Shown here: in pieces, positions 1-8,813 of the stretch
Layout of the letters: every line of letters begins with the position of its first letter
Position numbering within the stretch: position 1 is the first letter of the stretch
IMG/VR virus record: IMGVR_UViG_3300033273_000374
Location: 138,914 to 202,913 of that record
Source of the DNA: a virus
Lineage: Duplodnaviria; Heunggongvirae; Uroviricota; Caudoviricetes
DNA length: 64,000 bases
Direction: 5' to 3' (one strand)
The notes under the pieces: model-generated
The model's input: the letters and a program-made list of their open reading frames with translations, nothing else
What the model was told of the DNA's origin: nothing
The model's database searches: none
Position numbers and translations under genes: made by a program

Positions 1-314
1 GTGGCCATTTTGTGTGATTGTTGTGAGTATGGGTTGCTACCTGGTTGTCCAATCTCGCCTGTTGTGACGTAGTCTTCTAACCACTTGTGCATGCGAGTGC
101 CGCGTCCGGCTGCTTCTGTTACAATCTCTTGTGCTTTCTTTTCGCCAACACGACGTTTCCAGTTTAGTAGTGCTTGCTTCTTTTCTTCACTTTTGGTTCT
201 ATCTAGTATTGTGGTTACACTAGGTACTGCAGCACCATCTGGCGTACTGTACAATCTTTTACCGTCAACACTCTTGCGTTTGAGTTTGTGGTAATCATAT
301 GGGGAATTGATCAT
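1..314 (-). CDS. PD-(D/E)XK exonuclease (Cas4/MGME1-like phage exonuclease), runs off the left edge
   Basis: Not in ORF track; hand translation MINSPYDYHKLKRKSVDGKRLYSTPDGAAVPSVTTIL...NWKRRVGEKKA...AAGRGTRMHKWLE shows the PSVTTIL / W..RVG / RGT.MH motifs. Confidence 0.8.
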   Translation of the reverse strand, partial: MINSPYDYHKLKRKSVDGKRLYSTPDGAAVPSVTTILDRTKSEEKKQALLNWKRRVGEKKAQEIVTEAAGRGTRMHKWLEDYVTTGEIGQPGSNPYSQQSHKMA

Positions 315-320
315 GTGTTA

Positions 321-349
321 AGTATAGCACATGTACTACATGTGGTCAA
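321..349 (-). promoter_or_regulatory. Sigma70-type promoter with a palindrome in the spacer
   Basis: TTGACC-17nt-TATACT, 6 nt before ATG at 314; CACATGTA-C-TACATGTG inverted repeat at 328-344. Confidence 0.7.
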
Positions 350-1424
350 GTCTAATGTCTTCTAAAAAGTCTCTAGCACGTTGTGTTAGTGCTTCCTTGC
401 TTTGCATCATCTGTTGATTGTGTTCTAGTGCACCACCTAATTTTTGATAAACATCTATAGGATTTAATTTGGCAAGTTTTTTAAAACTGTGAAAAGCAGC
501 AATAACACGTTCTTCTTTATCATCAATCTCATCATAACTTTCGTCAATTACCCCGTCAAACGTTTTGAAGCCTATACTGCGTAAGTGTTGCAGTGTGTGT
601 TTTCCACTTAGTACAATAAATGGTCGACCTGCCATCATGGGCTTTGCTGTTTTTTCTGTTACAAAAAAGCAATTATTATCTGCAATAGTTTCTCCTACCA
701 CACTGTACCAACTTGCATTCATGATTGGCATGCTAATGAATTGACTTACAAAACCCTCATCCAATTGATTTGTTGTGTTTACATAGCCACCATCTACTGT
801 TGTAGAGTTAATAATTATTTGAGCTTCTTCATTTATGTTGTCTAAAAATTTGCTTTTGTATATACCAAAAAGGTTTACAATACAATCATCTAATAGATTA
901 TTTGCTCGTAACATTTTAAAAAAAGTATTTCTATGGGGTTTTGGATTTCCAAGCAACACATCAGCAAGGTGCGATCTTTTGTTTGGGCCTAAGTGTGGCT
1001 GCGGCAGTATTTGTTTTTTGTTTACTTCGTGTGTTTTTACTAAATGGTAGTTGTTGTACACATATGGAACAGGCCACAAATGATCGTTTGGAGTAATACA
1101 AGCAGTAATCATGTAATCACGTTCAGTTAATGGACAATCTTTGACGTCATATGTGAGTTTGTGATCTAAATCCCCAACCCCTGGTATGTACATTTCAAAA
1201 TCTTCAAACACTATAGCTTTGTCAGGCAATGAGCTGCGATCAGCATACTGTTGATGATTGTAGTTTCTATATCTATAAAAACCTATTTTATCTGGATCAA
1301 AATATGGATGTGGATATTCGTCATCGTAGATGCTACTAAGTACACCATACTGGTTATCATTAAGGTGCGCCAAGCGCATTGCTTCATGAAATTCAGCTGG
1401 AGTTGAAAAATTAGTAATTTGCAT
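336..1424 (-). CDS. Conserved phage protein, 'TEKT..P...PF...GF.TF..VIDESYD' family (glycosyltransferase-like C-terminus)
   Basis: 362 aa; motif FVTEKTAKPMMAGRPFIVLSG...GFKTFDGVIDESYD; three paralogues in window. Confidence 0.55.
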   Translation of the reverse strand: MQITNFSTPAEFHEAMRLAHLNDNQYGVLSSIYDDEYPHPYFDPDKIGFYRYRNYNHQQYADRSSLPDKAIVFEDFEMYIPGVGDLDHKLTYDVKDCPLTERDYMITACITPNDHLWPVPYVYNNYHLVKTHEVNKKQILPQPHLGPNKRSHLADVLLGNPKPHRNTFFKMLRANNLLDDCIVNLFGIYKSKFLDNINEEAQIIINSTTVDGGYVNTTNQLDEGFVSQFISMPIMNASWYSVVGETIADNNCFFVTEKTAKPMMAGRPFIVLSGKHTLQHLRSIGFKTFDGVIDESYDEIDDKEERVIAAFHSFKKLAKLNPIDVYQKLGGALEHNQQMMQSKEALTQRARDFLEDIRLDHM

Positions 1425-1436
1425 TGATAACGTTTG

Positions 1437-1796
1437 TTACCAATCAATCTTCCAGTAAAAGTATGTGCCACTAGAACTTTTTCTAGCAATGGTGTAACCT
1501 AAACCTTCAAAGTGATTGATGACTTCTTTCATTTGTTCTGTCTTGACTGCGTCTGTGATTGTGCCTTGCCAGGCTTTGTAATAGTTTAGACCATCTGTGT
1601 CATTGTCAGTCATTGGACTGCCAGTGATTGTTGTACCTTGTATTGTAACTGTGCTTGTATTGGTTATGTTAACTGTAAACACACCACTTGCTACTGCATC
1701 TGCTACTGCAACTTCCATAATAGCAATCTGTTGTACCACAGTGTTTGTACCTTGTGCTTGTTCACGTGCGTTTGCTGCTGTTGGAAATCTAGCCAT
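1437..1796 (-). CDS. Hypothetical, probable virion protein
   Basis: 119 aa, T/A/V rich, coupled to upstream ORF. Confidence 0.55.
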   Translation of the reverse strand: MARFPTAANAREQAQGTNTVVQQIAIMEVAVADAVASGVFTVNITNTSTVTIQGTTITGSPMTDNDTDGLNYYKAWQGTITDAVKTEQMKEVINHFEGLGYTIARKSSSGTYFYWKIDW

Positions 1797-2548
1797 TATG
1801 CGTTCTTCTTTGCCATCTTAGTTGCAGTTGCATACTTTACTTCTTTCCAGCGAGAACCATATCGCTCTTTAAAGTCTGCATCTGGTAATTTCTTTTCATA
1901 GTGTTTCAATTTAGCTTTTTCAGGTTTAGTAAGTTTACGTTCGCCTGTGAGCTTGCGTGAGATGCCTTGTTGTGTTTCAAGTTCACGCTGTAGAACTTTA
2001 TAGTATTTGCTTGTGATTTGATCACGTATTTTTTGATCTTCGTGTTTGATAGAACCACGTGCATCATGCACATCATTGATTGCTTTGATCAATTTTTGTT
2101 CTAGTTCATTTCCAAAAGTCTGCACTAGTAATTGTGCTGCTTGTCCATGCTCATTTGCGTCTTCAAGTTCATCAAATTGTTTGGCAACGTCTGCGAGGTG
2201 CTGTGAACTATATGCTTCTCCTATGCTTTCATCACGTTTGTTCATTGCACGTTTAGCCATTTGTCCTACTTTTTCTTCTGGTGGAACATCACCTACAGGT
2301 GCATCTGCCTCAGGTTTACCTCCTACAAATGTTACAGTTTCTGCATCAAATTGTTGTATTACATTTGCAAGTTCTGGTTCACTGTCATACATGTCTTTGA
2401 ATTTGTCATAGGTAACGTTTATGCCAGCATTTCGTAATGCATATAAAAAATCTGCCATGCTGGCAGTGCCATCCTTGCTGTTGTTTGCAACAACATCTGC
2501 TACTGCTATGATGCTTTGTACGCTGTCAACAAATTCTGTAAATTGCAT
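1796..2548 (-). CDS. Probable internal head protein
   Basis: 250 aa; N-term MQFTEF, internal IGE-A and basic C-terminal module. Confidence 0.5.
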   Translation of the reverse strand: MQFTEFVDSVQSIIAVADVVANNSKDGTASMADFLYALRNAGINVTYDKFKDMYDSEPELANVIQQFDAETVTFVGGKPEADAPVGDVPPEEKVGQMAKRAMNKRDESIGEAYSSQHLADVAKQFDELEDANEHGQAAQLLVQTFGNELEQKLIKAINDVHDARGSIKHEDQKIRDQITSKYYKVLQRELETQQGISRKLTGERKLTKPEKAKLKHYEKKLPDADFKERYGSRWKEVKYATATKMAKKNA

Positions 2549-3324
2549 TACTCAGCCTTTTCGCGTCCCATTGGCTCTTCACCGCCTACTGCAGCATCAC
2601 TAGCAGCAAAGTCATCTTCTGGCTCTGCGTCTAATGTTGGGTCTGTGCCCATTTCTGCATCTGGTGCTGTAATTTCACCTGGCTCATCACCCATTGGTTC
2701 TGCAGGTGTTTCGCCTACCAGTATACGACTTGCTTCGTCTACACTTGTTCTTGCTGTGCCTAAATTGTCAAGCAAACCTTGTAGTGCAGTGCTCATGCTA
2801 CTGTTGAAACTGTCTGCAACGCTACTGTCCATTTCGTCACGGATAGCATCTGTAAGTGGTGGAAGATCTTCGTTGATCATTTTACCAACATCTTCTAGCA
2901 TGCCCTGAATTCTATCTACCATGTCTTTGGCTGCTAGTACAAGTTCAGCACTCTCAACTTCGCCTTCTGTGATCACGCTTTCGTCAACTTTCTTTTTCTT
3001 AGCATCTTTGGCAGCCTTCTTCATAGGCTCCTTCTTATCACCGTCTTTGTCTAAGTCTAGGAAGTCTGGCTTGGCTTTTGCTTCTGCTAAGTGTGCTTCT
3101 AGTGCTTGTTTAGCAATGCGCAGTTCTTGAAACTGTTTGTTGTTAAATGCACGAGCGCCTTCGCGACTTTCCATTACAGCAAGGGTATCACTTAGGTTTT
3201 TGTGTAATTTTTCTGCTTTTGATTCTGAGAGCCTGTCTACATCAATAGTATAGCCGAAGATTTTATTAGCAACTTGCATAATCTTCTTACTACTCGGTGC
3301 AGGCACCAATTCGTTAAGATCCAT
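2548..3324 (-). CDS. Probable internal head/scaffold-like protein
   Basis: 258 aa; N-term MDLNEL, LAE-A and ITE-G sites, DLDKDGD loop, acidic tail; late TAAATA and AAGGA RBS upstream. Confidence 0.55.
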   Translation of the reverse strand: MDLNELVPAPSSKKIMQVANKIFGYTIDVDRLSESKAEKLHKNLSDTLAVMESREGARAFNNKQFQELRIAKQALEAHLAEAKAKPDFLDLDKDGDKKEPMKKAAKDAKKKKVDESVITEGEVESAELVLAAKDMVDRIQGMLEDVGKMINEDLPPLTDAIRDEMDSSVADSFNSSMSTALQGLLDNLGTARTSVDEASRILVGETPAEPMGDEPGEITAPDAEMGTDPTLDAEPEDDFAASDAAVGGEEPMGREKAE

Positions 3325-3354
3325 GGTAGATTCCTTTAATGTCTATTGTTGTAT

Positions 3355-3792
3355 TTATGTTAAATTAATTGAAAGTAGATTTGTCTGAAGTTCTGTTTTT
3401 GCATATTCTAACCGGGCAATGTCTTCACTGAGTCTGCAGTTTAGAATACTTTTACGCACTTTACTGGCTTTGCGCATACTGTGTTTATAGAATAGGCAGT
3501 CTTCATTCAATTTACTGATGCGGAAATCTAAATCTTCTATGAGCCTTGCTGTACCATGCTGATTATTAATGCAACTGATTGCATATCCAACAGCACTTTT
3601 TTTGTAAGCAAAACTTTTGTCTTTGTACCGCCATACACCTTCACACTGTTCTATAACAATGCCATTAACTGTTATGCTCGTAGGTGTATTGTTGTACAGT
3701 TTTACTTTTACGTTTGTGCTGTCAACTGTACGATTAAACTGTTTACTGAGACTTTTTACTAGATCTAATTTTGTAGAATAAGTCGCCATCAA
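3355..3792 (-). CDS. Hypothetical protein
   Basis: 145 aa ORF in minus-strand operon. Confidence 0.55.
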   Translation of the reverse strand: MMATYSTKLDLVKSLSKQFNRTVDSTNVKVKLYNNTPTSITVNGIVIEQCEGVWRYKDKSFAYKKSAVGYAISCINNQHGTARLIEDLDFRISKLNEDCLFYKHSMRKASKVRKSILNCRLSEDIARLEYAKTELQTNLLSINLT

Positions 3793-3964
3793 TTTTTTTC
3801 CTTGTTATAATTGATTTGTTCACTAAACTATTTGCTAGATTTTGTTCATATTCTGTGAGATCTCGTTTGCGCACATTAACTTCTGCTTCTATGCGCTGAA
3901 ACATGTTGTGTTCATCATTGTTCACATAAACTGGAATACCAGGAAATGCTTCGTGTGCTCTCAT
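3743..3964 (-). CDS. Small hypothetical protein, possible winged helix
   Basis: 73 aa; LTEYEQNLANSLVNKSII pattern. Confidence 0.5.
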   Translation of the reverse strand: MRAHEAFPGIPVYVNNDEHNMFQRIEAEVNVRKRDLTEYEQNLANSLVNKSIITRKKIDGDLFYKIRSSKKSQ

Positions 3965-4425
3965 TAACTTAGTTCTACTGTTTGCCCGGGCTTGAGTGCA
4001 TCTTTAGGATCTTTGGCTCCTGGTACACTACCTTTGGGCTTGATTTTTGATTTTTTAGTGGCTGGGTCAACTTCTACATCTACTTTGTCTAGATCAATTT
4101 CTACACCATCACCTGCTTCAATCTTGTTGCCCATACGTTTTGTAATTTTAATTTCTTGCTCGCTAACACCTCTTTCTAGTGCTCTTTTTAGCATTTCAAT
4201 GTTTCGTCTTGCACTGACTTTGATGTCTGGATTTGCATCCCATGCTGCTTGTTCTTTATCAATTAAACTTTTGAGTACATCTGCATCGCCTTTGCCCATT
4301 TGAGCAGCACGCACTGCGTCTAGTACTTCACGCTCTGCTGCTTTGCGTTCTGGACTGTACACTGCGTTTATTTGTCTAATAGCATCATCTATGGCTGTGT
4401 TTTCTACAAATTCATTTAGTCTCAT
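3964..4425 (-). CDS. Probable internal head protein
   Basis: 153 aa; N-term MRLNEFVE. Confidence 0.5.
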   Translation of the reverse strand: MRLNEFVENTAIDDAIRQINAVYSPERKAAEREVLDAVRAAQMGKGDADVLKSLIDKEQAAWDANPDIKVSARRNIEMLKRALERGVSEQEIKITKRMGNKIEAGDGVEIDLDKVDVEVDPATKKSKIKPKGSVPGAKDPKDALKPGQTVELS

Positions 4426-4703
4426 CGGTTCAATGCCTTTACTCTACGACTTGCAGGGTTTACTCTTTTGGTTCTTTTTGCTTTACGAGCCATTCTAGCA
4501 CCCATTCTTGCTTTTGTCAATTTAAGTTTGATACGTTTTTTGATGTCAGGTGCAGCAAAGCACTGTGCTGGTGTAGCAACAATGCGTCCTTTGCGTCTGC
4601 CGCTGGTGCAACGATACTTGCGCACGACTTTGTTGCCACGCTTGGCCCAAGCCATGCCCTCATTGAGGCCCAACACTTCTGGTATAATATCACCTATTAA
4701 CAT
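4422..4703 (-). CDS. Highly basic small protein, probable nucleic-acid-binding virion protein
   Basis: 93 aa; very K/R rich after LNE-G; TAAATA 5 nt before ATG. Confidence 0.6.
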   Translation of the reverse strand: MLIGDIIPEVLGLNEGMAWAKRGNKVVRKYRCTSGRRKGRIVATPAQCFAAPDIKKRIKLKLTKARMGARMARKAKRTKRVNPASRRVKALNR

Positions 4704-4722
4704 GTAGTTATTTATGGAAAAA

Positions 4723-4980
4723 CTATTTTAGTAAAACAAACACTGTGCTGCTGAGTGCTACAGCAAGTGCACCTATGATGGCTGTGGCCCAGCCTAGCAG
4801 TTGACGATTACGGAACTGGTCATTCTTTACAACCGCAGTTCTAATTTCTGCAATATCGTTGTCCTGCTTGGCCATATGTTCAATGATACGATCAAGTTTG
4901 TTATGCAATTGGTTGTACCTTTCTCCACACAATTCAACGTGTGCTTCAAGGCTCTCTTTTTCAATATCGGTTGTTGACAT
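4723..4980 (-). CDS. Coiled-coil plus C-terminal TM protein (holin-like)
   Basis: 85 aa; SLEAHVELCGERY coiled coil then LLGWATAIIGALAVALSSTVFVLL. Confidence 0.5.
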   Translation of the reverse strand: MSTTDIEKESLEAHVELCGERYNQLHNKLDRIIEHMAKQDNDIAEIRTAVVKNDQFRNRQLLGWATAIIGALAVALSSTVFVLLK

Positions 4981-5028
4981 AAGTCCACCCTACTGGTTCG
5001 TATAATTGACGCTTGAGTGTTTTATATG

Positions 5029-5075
5029 TGCCTGTGTATTGCCTAGTGTGTGCCTTGTAGCATCACTATTATTTA
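5029..5075 (-). promoter_or_regulatory. Late promoter TAAATA followed by 3x AGGCA at 11-nt period
   Basis: TAAATA at 5070-5075; AGGCA (plus-strand tgcct) at 5051, 5040, 5029. Confidence 0.6.
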
Positions 5076-5516
5076 TTAGGAAGTGACCCGCATTATAAAT
5101 GTGTTTTTATTTTCGCCATGTGTGGCAAACACACTGGGTTCCATGATACAGTTCTCATCTAGACCGCTGATTGCAGGTGTGTTGTGTAGTGCATCTGCCA
5201 AGAACCGTGCATTTTCTCCTAGCACACCATCTTGTTCTACACCAAATTGCCATAGCCATATGTTGTGATCAACGTTGAAAAGTTCTCTAATTACCCTGTG
5301 CTTTTCGCCAAATTTATCACTATACCTTTTGTGTATTTTGTCAATTGACCCTGTGATAGGATCTTGAATACTGTGTGGTTGTGTGTACAAACCTACAGTC
5401 TGTACCAGTGTGTCGTAGTTTCGCTGTTGATTGCGACTTTTGCCTGCTGCACGATATTCGTTGGTGCGTGTAATATCTACCAATGTCAACAGAGCGTAAA
5501 ACTCTTTAAATTCCAT
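5076..5516 (-). CDS. Conserved phage hypothetical protein
   Basis: 146 aa; TLVDIT..RNQQRNYDTLVQT motif. Confidence 0.6.
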   Translation of the reverse strand: MEFKEFYALLTLVDITRTNEYRAAGKSRNQQRNYDTLVQTVGLYTQPHSIQDPITGSIDKIHKRYSDKFGEKHRVIRELFNVDHNIWLWQFGVEQDGVLGENARFLADALHNTPAISGLDENCIMEPSVFATHGENKNTFIMRVTS

Positions 5517-5916
5517 GCAACGGATCCTCGTCTCTCAAATACAAGCCCAATTCAATCAATGCACTTTGATTCTTGCATTCTATACAATCAACACTATTAT
5601 ACGACATAAACCGCAAACACTGCAACCTATTTGTGCCCATGTACACACCCCAAATCATACCATCCTCGTTCACCACAGGAGGATTGATGTGTGGCCACAT
5701 TTCGTGTGCGCCTTTGCGTTTGTAGAAACTTGTATTCCACCAGTCCGGTGTACATTTATAATATAGTAGTGGATACCATAATCCATCATCCATTATACGT
5801 GGTAAGTCACGCCAATACCAACGGTTGTCATTGTGCCAACTCATTGGCGATAGTTGTGATAGTTCTACACTGTGTATTCCAGGATGATCTTGCCATAGGC
5901 TTTTACAATGTGTCAT
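5506..5916 (-). CDS. ParB/Srx-like domain protein
   Basis: Start moved to MTHCK (after terminator and TAAATA); GLWYPLL...VYMGTNRL resembles ParB-like G.HR motif. Confidence 0.45.
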   Translation of the reverse strand: MTHCKSLWQDHPGIHSVELSQLSPMSWHNDNRWYWRDLPRIMDDGLWYPLLYYKCTPDWWNTSFYKRKGAHEMWPHINPPVVNEDGMIWGVYMGTNRLQCLRFMSYNSVDCIECKNQSALIELGLYLRDEDPLHGI

Positions 5917-5936
5917 TATGTGTGTATTTAATTCAT

Positions 5937-5969
5937 AAAAAAAAGCGGTGCTAAAAAACACCGCTTTTT
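5937..5969 (-). terminator. Rho-independent terminator
   Basis: GCGGTG/CACCGC stem (5945-5964) flanked by A8 and T5. Confidence 0.8.
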
Positions 5970-5990
5970 GTTTAGTAATAGTAAAGTGTA

Positions 5991-6380
5991 TTAGACGATT
6001 GCGTCTGCCAATGCACTTGTTGGACCACCTTGCTCAACTGTTGCTGAACTAAGGTCGATGCTGTCAACTGTGCCTAGTGCTCGTACTGCTGCTTGAATAA
6101 CAGTTGAAGCTGCAAAGTTGCCTACTGCTGTGTCTGTTGTAAGACGCTCAATGCCTACGATTTGACGTGTGTCTGAATCGTATAGTGGGCCTAGGTATAC
6201 GATTGTACCAAATGTACCTAGTAATGAGTAAACCTGTGCAAGTGTGCTTGCTGGGCCTGTCTTTCCACTTACGTCTGCTAGATAATCAATTTCGAGGTAT
6301 GTAATGTCTTCTGCACCTGCTCCCATTGAAACTGGGAAAGTAGGTGTTGATGTTGGGTGTACTCTTGTTAAGTCAGCCAT
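5991..6380 (-). CDS. Probable structural protein, paralogue of 6402-6821
   Basis: 129 aa; MADLTRVH, IQAAVRALG..D..DLS. Confidence 0.6.
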   Translation of the reverse strand: MADLTRVHPTSTPTFPVSMGAGAEDITYLEIDYLADVSGKTGPASTLAQVYSLLGTFGTIVYLGPLYDSDTRQIVGIERLTTDTAVGNFAASTVIQAAVRALGTVDSIDLSSATVEQGGPTSALADAIV

Positions 6381-6401
6381 TTTTCTATTCCTTCTCTATT
6401 A

Positions 6402-6821
6402 TTATACTAGCTCGAAGCCAGGATCTGTTACATCGCTGCCACTGCAGTCGAGGTTGTTACCGCCAGCTGCTGTTAGTGTGCGAATTGCTGTTTGTAGTGA
6501 ACTTGCTGTGTAAGCACCAGCTGGGTATAGAGCAACACTGATTTGACCACTTGTGTCACCTTCAACTTGGTACATTTCAATGTTTGCACCACCGTTTGTG
6601 ATTTTGTCAAAAATTGCTACTACACCTTCTGCTGCGTCTAGCTCGTTGCGTAGATCTTCTACGTTACCTGACACGTCTTTGATTATGATCTTAAAGAAGT
6701 CAAGTTGTGGTCCGTTTAGGATCACTGTTTCGTCTGCTGCGATAGCGCCGCTGCCTGATGCGCCACGGTCTTGGTTAACAACACCAAATGCTGAACCATG
6801 TGTACGGGTAATTTCCGCCAT
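6402..6821 (-). CDS. Probable structural (capsid decoration-like) protein
   Basis: 139 aa; MAEITRTH, LQTAIRTL...LDCS; late TAAATA and GGAG RBS. Confidence 0.6.
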   Translation of the reverse strand: MAEITRTHGSAFGVVNQDRGASGSGAIAADETVILNGPQLDFFKIIIKDVSGNVEDLRNELDAAEGVVAIFDKITNGGANIEMYQVEGDTSGQISVALYPAGAYTASSLQTAIRTLTAAGGNNLDCSGSDVTDPGFELV

Positions 6822-6879
6822 TTTCTTTCTCCAAATGTGTGCAAATGCTTTGCATCTGCTTACATTTATTTATGACAGT

Positions 6880-7572
6880 TTATAGGAATTTTCGTCCAAA
6901 TGCGTAACCAGCACCAAATGCTGCTGCTGCTTTTGCCACAGTTTTTACTGCACTTTTTGCAATACTGTCGCCTTTTGGACCACCACTAACTAGTCCTTGT
7001 GACACTGTTGCTGCAGCATATGGACGGAACATGTCGCTGCGGAATTTTTGGTCATGACGATTTGCATTTATCATGCGTTGAGCAACTGCTTTGCGTTCGT
7101 TGTCAGAAGCACTACCATAGTCCTGTGCAATGCGACGTGCATTTTTTAGCAGACCATTGCGAATTTGTAAATTGCGTTGCATGCTCAACAACATCTCTCT
7201 GTCTTGTGCCTTGTTTATTTTACCGCTGGCTACCTGACGCAAATAACGTTTGAACTTGAGTTCATCCAAATACACATTGCCTGAACTTGTAAGTTTATCA
7301 CCAAATTTGCTTTGATTTGTGAGTATTGCTGCAAGATTGTGCAAGTCTGTTGCACCTGTGCGCACATTTGAGAAGGTTTGATACTGCAGTGTTTTTTTTG
7401 CATAGGCTGCTGCAGCCTCGGGGTTTTCATAACGCATCTGTTGCAACATCAGCATGTGCTCAAAGAATGTGTTGGCAATGTCATACTCACTGTAACCAGT
7501 GGCATCTTTTGGATTTCGCAAGTATCTTGCTTCAGTGAGCTCTTCTCTTATAAACTCAAATGCCATTACCAT
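6880..7572 (-). CDS. Probable internal head protein
   Basis: 230 aa; MAFEFIREELTE-A; C-terminal amphipathic AAAFGAGYAFG. Confidence 0.55.
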   Translation of the reverse strand: MVMAFEFIREELTEARYLRNPKDATGYSEYDIANTFFEHMLMLQQMRYENPEAAAAYAKKTLQYQTFSNVRTGATDLHNLAAILTNQSKFGDKLTSSGNVYLDELKFKRYLRQVASGKINKAQDREMLLSMQRNLQIRNGLLKNARRIAQDYGSASDNERKAVAQRMINANRHDQKFRSDMFRPYAAATVSQGLVSGGPKGDSIAKSAVKTVAKAAAAFGAGYAFGRKFL

Positions 7573-8813
7573 TCCTTCTTTATGACAAAGTTATTGCGGT
7601 TGAATTCAAGTCTATCATTAAACTTTACTGCACCGCCTGCTTTGCCAACTGCTACATAACCTTCAGGATTTGTAACTTCATATCCTTGGTCAGTCTTTAC
7701 AAATGTTCCCATTCCTTCAACTGTATTTAACTTCTTGATCAGCATCAATTTCAAATTGTTTATTTGTTTATACACAGTGAGTATGCTGAACAGTGTGTCT
7801 TTGTTTTCTGCAAACGAATCTTGCATGTCTTGTATTCTTTGCAATCTTGCTTGTGCTGCAGGTGACTCTTCTCCACCTTTTAACTTTGAAATTTCGCCTC
7901 GCATTTTGTTTGCAAAAAAGTCTTGTAGTCCACGCAAAAATGTGTTACTGTCTCCAACACTTTGATTTTTTCTAACAAGATTGTTTATGTAAGGCTGGAC
8001 AAACTTTTTAAAGTCTGCTTGTTGTGTAACTTTATCAAACTCAGCTTTATTTGTATTAGCCAGTGTGCTGGTAATTTGTTTTATACCACGCTGTATGATG
8101 CTGTTTTGTTTGTCACTGAGTGTGGCACTGCCTGTTACATCTTTGTAAAATGCATCATCTACCCAAACACTTGGTGTTTTCTTAAAGCCTTTTACAGCAA
8201 CACCAAAACTGCTCTTCATGTCTGCAATAGTTTCACCTTCGTATGCAGTGTGGAATATAATGCCGAGGTTGGCAGCACTCATGCGTTTTGCAACATCGCT
8301 GTCTGCAGGCACTGCATATGTAATGGTGTTTGGACGGAATGTCAAGTATTCTACACCATCAATGGTTTCGTTTTTCAAACTGTCTTTGGTGAACATCATG
8401 TCGCCCTGCACAACACCCTCAATGCCCAGTTTGCTTAATTCGTCTAAACACAAGTGCAGTTTGTCCTTGACTGGGCTCTCGCCATATACATCATCAATCT
8501 CTTCGTGTGTGCGTCCTAGTTTGGGTGTTGCACCAAACACACTTTTTGTGCCTACAAAAAACTTACCGCTTTCTGGATCTGTGCCACACACAATAGCAGG
8601 TGCACCATCCCATTTAACAGTGACTTGCTGGCTACGGTCCCCACCTTGAGCCAGCATGCCACGCACACCTTCTAGGTATGCCAGTGCTTCACGAGCACCT
8701 GTGTAACCATCATCCAACACTAAATCTTCAAGATGTGTCATATGCACATTCTTGCCTGCTTTGCTTTCTATCAGCATCCAATCTCTTAGTGTGGTAATTT
8801 CTTGTAATAACAT
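7566..8813 (-). CDS. DUF6267-like ligase/nucleotidyltransferase-fold protein
   Basis: 415 aa; N.HMTHLED, TVKWDGAPA (KxDG), VQGDMMF, PEGYV, VKF.DR..F. Confidence 0.7.
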   Translation of the reverse strand: MLLQEITTLRDWMLIESKAGKNVHMTHLEDLVLDDGYTGAREALAYLEGVRGMLAQGGDRSQQVTVKWDGAPAIVCGTDPESGKFFVGTKSVFGATPKLGRTHEEIDDVYGESPVKDKLHLCLDELSKLGIEGVVQGDMMFTKDSLKNETIDGVEYLTFRPNTITYAVPADSDVAKRMSAANLGIIFHTAYEGETIADMKSSFGVAVKGFKKTPSVWVDDAFYKDVTGSATLSDKQNSIIQRGIKQITSTLANTNKAEFDKVTQQADFKKFVQPYINNLVRKNQSVGDSNTFLRGLQDFFANKMRGEISKLKGGEESPAAQARLQRIQDMQDSFAENKDTLFSILTVYKQINNLKLMLIKKLNTVEGMGTFVKTDQGYEVTNPEGYVAVGKAGGAVKFNDRLEFNRNNFVIKKEW

